Of a DNA stretch of 64,000 nucleotides, positions 57,701-64,000 are shown one piece after another (the stretch's first letter is position 1; every line of letters begins with the position of its first letter). The notes beneath the pieces were generated by a model that saw nothing but the letters and a program-made list of their open reading frames with translations, did no database searches and was not told where the DNA came from. The stretch is from assembly GCF_009914755.1 (NCBI RefSeq), contig NC_060933.1, one strand, 5' to 3'. Position numbers and translations under genes: made by a program. The DNA is from the human T2T-CHM13v2.0 reference genome, Homo sapiens.

Positions 57701-60700
57701 CCATACAATTTTGGAACATCCATTAACATCATTCACTAAAATATATCAGGAAGAAGATTAAAATATTTTTACGATGCTTCCCATGTAACTAAACATGTCA
57801 AATAATTCTGTTTACGTCTCTTTTGGATGCTTCAGGGGCCCTCTGTAGCATGTCCAAGTTAGAGGTCAGAAAAGATAATTTTGAAGCTGAAATTTGATTT
57901 TGGGAAGCCTATCAAATATGTTAAAGGTTTAAAACACTTGACATTATGAAACAGAATTCCAAGTTACCATAGTCATTCATTTAGCAAAAATGATGACTCA
58001 AAAATTTTTTAAAGGGCAAAAACCTTTACTCAGTGATAGAGGGAAGACTTAGATTTCCAAACAATCTGTCTCTTGTCTTTCCCTTCTTTTTTTCAGTAGT
58101 TTATTCAAAAGGCAAACAAAAATATTTCATTATCTTTTAATATTACATGAATATCTTGTTCCAGAGAAAAAGCCAAATTTCACCCTTGTATTAGTGTACT
58201 ATTAATGTCAATCCCAATTTTTAATAAACCTTATTGACAAATCTTTCTGATCTTAATCCGTTTGACCATAAGGTGAGATTCTCATAAACCTTTTATAACC
58301 TTTTACAAATCTTTGTTAAAGAGCAAATCAATGCTTTAAGAAACTGGTTTGTGCTTTTATTTCAATGTTCACCTTACGGAAAACCCAGAAAATACTCCTT
58401 TAAATTTAGTCAATATATTCACACACATAATTATTTTTTTAAAGATTAGTTTTTCACAGACCTTCCACAACTTACTTAAACCTTCAGCTTTACCCTAGCT
58501 TAAAACAATCCTTTAACTTTCTAAACTTAGGCGAGAAATCCACAGTCCCATGCCTTCTTATAAACTTTTACCAAAAACACATTTCACATTCTTTACTTTG
58601 CATGTAAAACTGTTTCTATTTCCCAAAGATTACTTTAGTCACGTGAACTAAAAGGCATTACACTTTTAACTTTTCTGACAAAGTATTTGATTTAAGCTCT
58701 TATTATTATTAAACTAATTAATAAAAGCTCTTTTGTATAAAAGCATTACACACACAACACATGTATAACTACACAGAGAGAAGATCCAGTAGTTGTAAGA
58801 TTTTTCATTTGCCAGTTTTTAAGTTCTTTTAAATTGGATTACTGGGTTTAGTCTAGAGGCCTTGGAAGAACAGGGCCAGGAAAGCATGCATTTTCTAGGG
58901 CCTAACAGAATAAGCAGGCACAGCTGGAAGGCAAAACAGATCCCCAAAATTAAGGGTCCCATTTTTATATCAGATGTTGCTTCCCCCACCTCCAAAAAGA
59001 AAAACAGAGCCTTAGATTTTGAGGGGGTCTATCCGTTTCCAATTCCTGGGGTTCGTGAGGAAAACAGGATTTTTTTCCAAAATGGGGTCTCTGGCACCTC
59101 CTCTTTTCCCCAAGGAGTTCCAGGCTGCTAGAGCTTGAGTATCCACTTTTAATTAAGCTGACTTTTAACTATAGTGTTCTTTTTAAAAAGTCCTTTTAAA
59201 TCTTTTGTTATCCAACCTTGGCTAGGCCAAATGGCCAATATTTGCTCAGAGAAAGGAAAATTGAAGATGGCTCATGGAGGGGAGGAGAATCAACAAATGG
59301 TGTAAAGGTCACACAGGTATCAAATCAGAAAGTACTCATTCCCTAAGCTGGGACTTGAACCCTGAACCCAGGAAACCATTGTGAAAAGAGAAAGCATGGC
59401 CACATGGTTACGAGGTTGAACTCCCAAGGACATGACTGACCAGTTTGCTGGGCTGTCTTGAAGAGCAGGCTTATGGGGTCCTAGGCATGCATTTTACCTC
59501 ATGGTACCCCTCTTTACGACAGAACAATACAGAAAGACATACAAAGCACACCAGATTCACTACAGCTTAAGACCAGCCTCAGAATTCTTTTCTATATTAA
59601 TCAAAATTTAGAGGAGATAAACAGTGACTTCTACCATTCAATTAACCAGTTTGCACAGACAGAGACAGAGGCCAGAGTCTGACTGGTAAGAAATTATTAC
59701 CCTTTTGCTGTCATGCCAGGCTTCTGGGTTCCCTTTCCCTGAGTGGCTCTTGTGACCCTGCTTGCCACACTATAGCCCTGGGGGCCAAGTTGCATCATAA
59801 AGAAAAATCATCTTTTTCGTTTTGTTTTGTTTTGTTTTGAGGAATCACAGGCAAAGCCCTGTCAGTTTTGCAAGTTACCACCCAAGGGGTTGCAAGGGGT
59901 AACCCAATGAACATTTTTCATTCTGGCCAGAGCAAAATACACGTGACAAAACATAGACCTTAGCCACTCTGCTTAGCACTCAGTATTGAACTTGCAAGGC
60001 TCAAACTTGCCCCGGGTTGGGCCCCGTCATCTTTAATCCATTTTTAGCCATGAGGGACCTTACTCACGGGAGGGCCTCTAACCCAATCCCATCCTTTACT
60101 CTGGTAAAATATACCTCATTACGTATCCAAAGTCAGCCAATTGGTGCTGCGGTCTATTTCCTTTGGATTAGGACAGTAATTAAGCTGAAAGATTAGCAGA
60201 CTTAATTTTGGGGATCCCTCATTTTCAAATGCACTTCAGTGTGTTGTGTTTTATTTAGAACATTCTGCTATAAGTTACCTTTAGTAAGATTTTGCTGTTT
60301 CTGTAAGATTTCGCTGCTGCTGTGCCAAACACGTAAGCCGAAGGAACTCAGTTTTTCAGAAATTAAGGATCCCATTTTTACCTAAAATATTGGCTTTGTT
60401 CTCAGGTTTCCTTGATTAACTTAGCCAACAATTTTTTTTCCCTACCTAAGCATGCAAGAAAAATGAAACAAAGGGGGTAGAACACAAAAATTCCTGTGAA
60501 TTTTTAAAAGCCAAATTTTACACCTCTACTATATTATCATTTGCTACCAGTTTCTTTCTGACCCAGTCAGATGTTAAGAGGCCTCTAACTGGATCCAAGG
60601 CAATTAATTCCCATATCAAATCCATTCCTGGACCCAGTCCAGTTTCTGTTGTGACTTCCAAACCCAGTTTGGAGCAGAAATTTGCTCAGAGAAACTCAGA

Positions 60701-61301
60701 GGGCTCAAAACACAAATCTGTGAAGCTCTGAAATCCAAGAGAGAACTTACTCATGATCCCCAGCTGCTCTGAGATCAGTGGACACAAGTGGGTCCTGAAG
60801 GTACCTTCCTCGTTCACTCAGCACTCCTGAGGGTTGTTAGAAGCTCTACTCCGGACCTCACTTCTGACACCTTCTGGTAAAAGAAAAACTTCAGCTGAAT
60901 TAAATTTAAAGGAGTAACTGAGCAATGAATAACTCACAAATTGGGCAGCTCTCAGAGTCGCAGCAGATTTAGAGAGACTCCAGGGGTGCCTTATGGTGAA
61001 AAAAATTTATACACAAAAATAGTAAAGTGACATACAGAAATCAAAAGTGAGGTACAGAAACAGCTGGATGGGTTACAGCTTGGCATTTGCCTTATTTGAA
61101 CACAGTTGGAACACTCAGCAGTGTATGACTGGTTGAAGTATGGCTGCTGGGACTGGCCAAGACTCAGCGATTGTTACAGGCACACACTCCTAAGTTAGGT
61201 TTTCAATCTTGCCTGCGTATTAAGTTAGGTAATAACTTACTCAAATACAGAAGTACAGAGTCCTTCTCAGACCATCAAACTAAATATAGTTTGCTTTTAC
61301 A
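54798..61301 (-). mobile_element. MER57-like (MER4-group ERV1) provirus: 5' LTR, PBS, non-coding internal region; 3' LTR lost
   Basis: LTR 60875-61301 (reverse complement TGTAAAAGCAAACT...GAGAAGGACTC); adjacent tRNA-Leu-type PBS (reverse complement AGGTGTCAGAAGTG) ~60855-60872. Confidence 0.75.
55991..57051 (+). mobile_element. MER11 solo LTR (HERV-K HML-8)
   Basis: TGTTGTGGGAAGTCAGGGACC start, internal direct repeat, ~1.06 kb; 6-bp TSD TCATGG. Confidence 0.92.
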
Positions 61302-64000
61302 ATGCTCTGGTGTTGGGTGCATACATATTTAGGTTGGTTACATCCCCTTGTTGAATTGACTCCTCTATCATTATATAATTACTTTCTTTGTCTTCTTTTT
61401 TATTTTTTTTACCATTTTGATATAAAATCTGCTTTATCTAATGTAAGTATAACTACTCCTGCTTGCTTTTGGTTTCTGTTTGTGTGAAGTATCTTTTACC
61501 ACTCCTTTACCTTTCACCTGTAAGTGTCTTTACCACTAAGGTCAGTTTCTTGTAAGGAGAATATAGTTGTTTCATGTCTTTAAATCCATTTAGCCAATCT
61601 GTATCTTTTAATTTATTTATATTAATTTATTTACAAATATTATTTACATTTAATTTATTTACATTCAAGGTTAATATTGGTATTTGAGGTTTTATTCCTT
61701 CATAATGTTAATTGTTATCTAATTGTTTTGTAGATTTTTTTTCCTTTTCCCCTTCCTATCTGTTTGTAGTTTAGTGGAGTTCTTTCATGTTACCATTTGA
61801 TTTCTTTCTCTTCCTCCTTTGTGTAATTGTTTTGTAAGACCTATGAGTTTTTACTTTTATGTGTTTTATGATGGTGAATAATGAACTTTCATTTCTATGT
61901 TTAGAACTCCTTTGAGCATTTCTGGTCTGGTGGTGAATTCCATCAGTGTTTGCTTATCTGGAAAATACTTTATTTCTTCTTCATTTATGAAGCTTATTTA
62001 GGCAGGACATAAAATTCATAATTGACATGTTTTTCTTTAAGCACTAGGAAAATCCTGATCTCTTCTGGCTTGTAAGGTTTCTGCTAAGAAGTCCACTGTT
62101 AGTTTCATGGGGTTTTCTTTTTAGGTGACTAGATGTTTTTTTCTCACTGATTTTAGAATTTTTTTCTTCATATTGACTTTAGACAGTCTGATGAATATAT
62201 GTCATAAAGTCTATCTTGCAATGTGTATTTTTCTGGTGTTCTTTTGGCCTCTTGTACCTGGATGTCTAAATCTTTTGCTAGACTAGGCAAGTGTTTGTCA
62301 ATTATTTTCCTAAACAGGTTTTCTAAACATTTTGCTTTATCTTCTCCTTCAGGCATACCAACGATTGGTAGGTTTGGTCACTTCATGTAGTCTCATTGAT
62401 TGATTTTCTCATTTCTTTTTATTGGTTTTCAGATTTCTTTTGGATCTCACTGAGATTCTTTAAAAATAAGTTTTGCATTATTTACCTGGCATTTTGAATA
62501 TTCCATTTTGGTTAGGATTCATTGCTAGATAATTATTCATTGCTAGATAATTCATTGCTAGATAATTTGGTTAGGATTCATTGCTAGATAATTCCTTTGA
62601 GGGTGTCAAGATACTCTGCTTTTTCATATTTCCAGTATTATTACACTGATTTCTTCACATCTAGAGAAACCGTTGCTTCTTCTTATATTTGAACTTACTT
62701 TCATTAAAGTAGGGCTTTTTTTTCACTTGAGTATGTGACTATGATGTTCATTAAGTAGTGTCATTTGGCTTTGCTTCTGGGCCTGTCTAGTGGTAAAGAC
62801 TGTATGATTTACTTGCTTATAGACAGCTTTAGTGTGGTGACCTTCTCAAATGCTGGTTGTAATAGTGATGTACTGAGCAGGTGAGCAGGTGAGCAGCCTC
62901 CTGGGTAGCCAGGGTAGCATGAGTGATGGTATTAGCAGAGGTTGCAAGACGCTCATCTCCTTCCCAAGCACTATGCATTTATGTCAGCAGATGTTGTAAT
63001 GAGCCCTTTGGGTCAACCTCTGGGCCAATAGATGGCACTTGCTGGTGAAAGCCAGCTGCTGTGGCAGCAGTAGGGTTTACACTTGACCTTTGTTAACTAG
63101 GAGAAGCATGTGGGTGTCCTGGGGGATGGAATGGGCTGTGGAACTCTCAGTGGTCTGCACTCTGCTTCTGAGGTAGGGAGGGCAAAGCTTGTTGAGGTGG
63201 GCCAGGTAAGTCCACACTCAGGCCCCCTAGAGGCAGGCATAAGCACTGGTCCCAAAGGGGTTTGTGGGGCAGTCCTCAGGCCTCCAGAGAAGCGCCCAGC
63301 AAGGAATGGAGCAATCACTGCTGTGCCAAAGACATAGGAAGGAGGTGCAGCTCCACCTGAACAGCCTAGAAAGTGGCAGTGTTCTCAAGCTTCAGGCCCA
63401 GCAGGTCTCATTTGCTCAGGGCTTGACCTCAGCAGTAAGTCTGGACAGTTAACCAAGTTAGATGCAGTTTGCTTTCAGTCAGCAAAACTACTGTCCCAGG
63501 CCATAAAACTCACTGCCTGGGCTAATACTATATCCCCTAGGCAAATCTCACTCTGCTCTGGTCCCATTAAGGGGTGGGGAGTTTGCCCAACTGGAGTCCG
63601 TGCAGCTGGGGCCCATGCCACACCTGTTCTCAGTTCTGGCTATAGGGGACCCTCCCCTGCTCTAGACCAAATTGCCAAATCCCCTCCTGAGACTCTCCAA
63701 ACCAGTGACTGTTGACCCTGCCAGCTGGAAGGTTCTTGTGAATCCCTGTATGAGCTATGTTCAGGAATGGCCTCCTATTGGTGTGCATATCTGTGGGAGA
63801 ACCTGAAGAGCACACCACAGGGCAATTCCTTCTCACAGTCTCCCAACTGCTCCCAAAGTCATATCCAGGGCCTGGTAGGGTCAAGGACCTCTCTCATGGC
63901 CTGGATTTCCTGGCTTCTCAGTGAAAATGGGTATCAAGGACATACTGTCTCCCCATAGCATGCACTGGGGATTCACTCATAGTTTTCTACTGGACCCCAC
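61302..64000 (-). mobile_element. Older L1, 5' part (ORF2 start, ORF1, 5'UTR)
   Basis: ORF1-like peptide 62168..62356 (LENLFRKII...LAKDLDIQVQEA); GC-richer 5'UTR at the right end. Confidence 0.8.

Overview
Human/primate genomic DNA from the relaxin-family cluster (INSL6-INSL4-RLN2-RLN1, chr9p24, location from prior knowledge). The only intact gene is INSL4 (placentin/EPIL; CDS join(28613..28808,30743..30966), 139 aa). It lies directly downstream of an internally deleted HERV-K(HML-5)/LTR22-like provirus with a 6-bp TSD. Most of the remaining sequence is LINE-1, LTR and Alu. This includes a human-specific pre-Ta L1HS with a twin-priming 5' inversion and solo MER9 and MER11 LTRs. The most interesting signal is invisible to the ORF track: a decayed two-exon relaxin/INSL4-like gene at ~13085-14272, with exon-1 end, GT donor, intron, AG acceptor, C-peptide exon and 3'UTR all alignable to INSL4. 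Several paralogous flank blocks show the region is a fossil tandem array of relaxin-like gene units and predict another copy just left of the window. All alignments were made by eye, so identities and repeat subfamily names are approximate.
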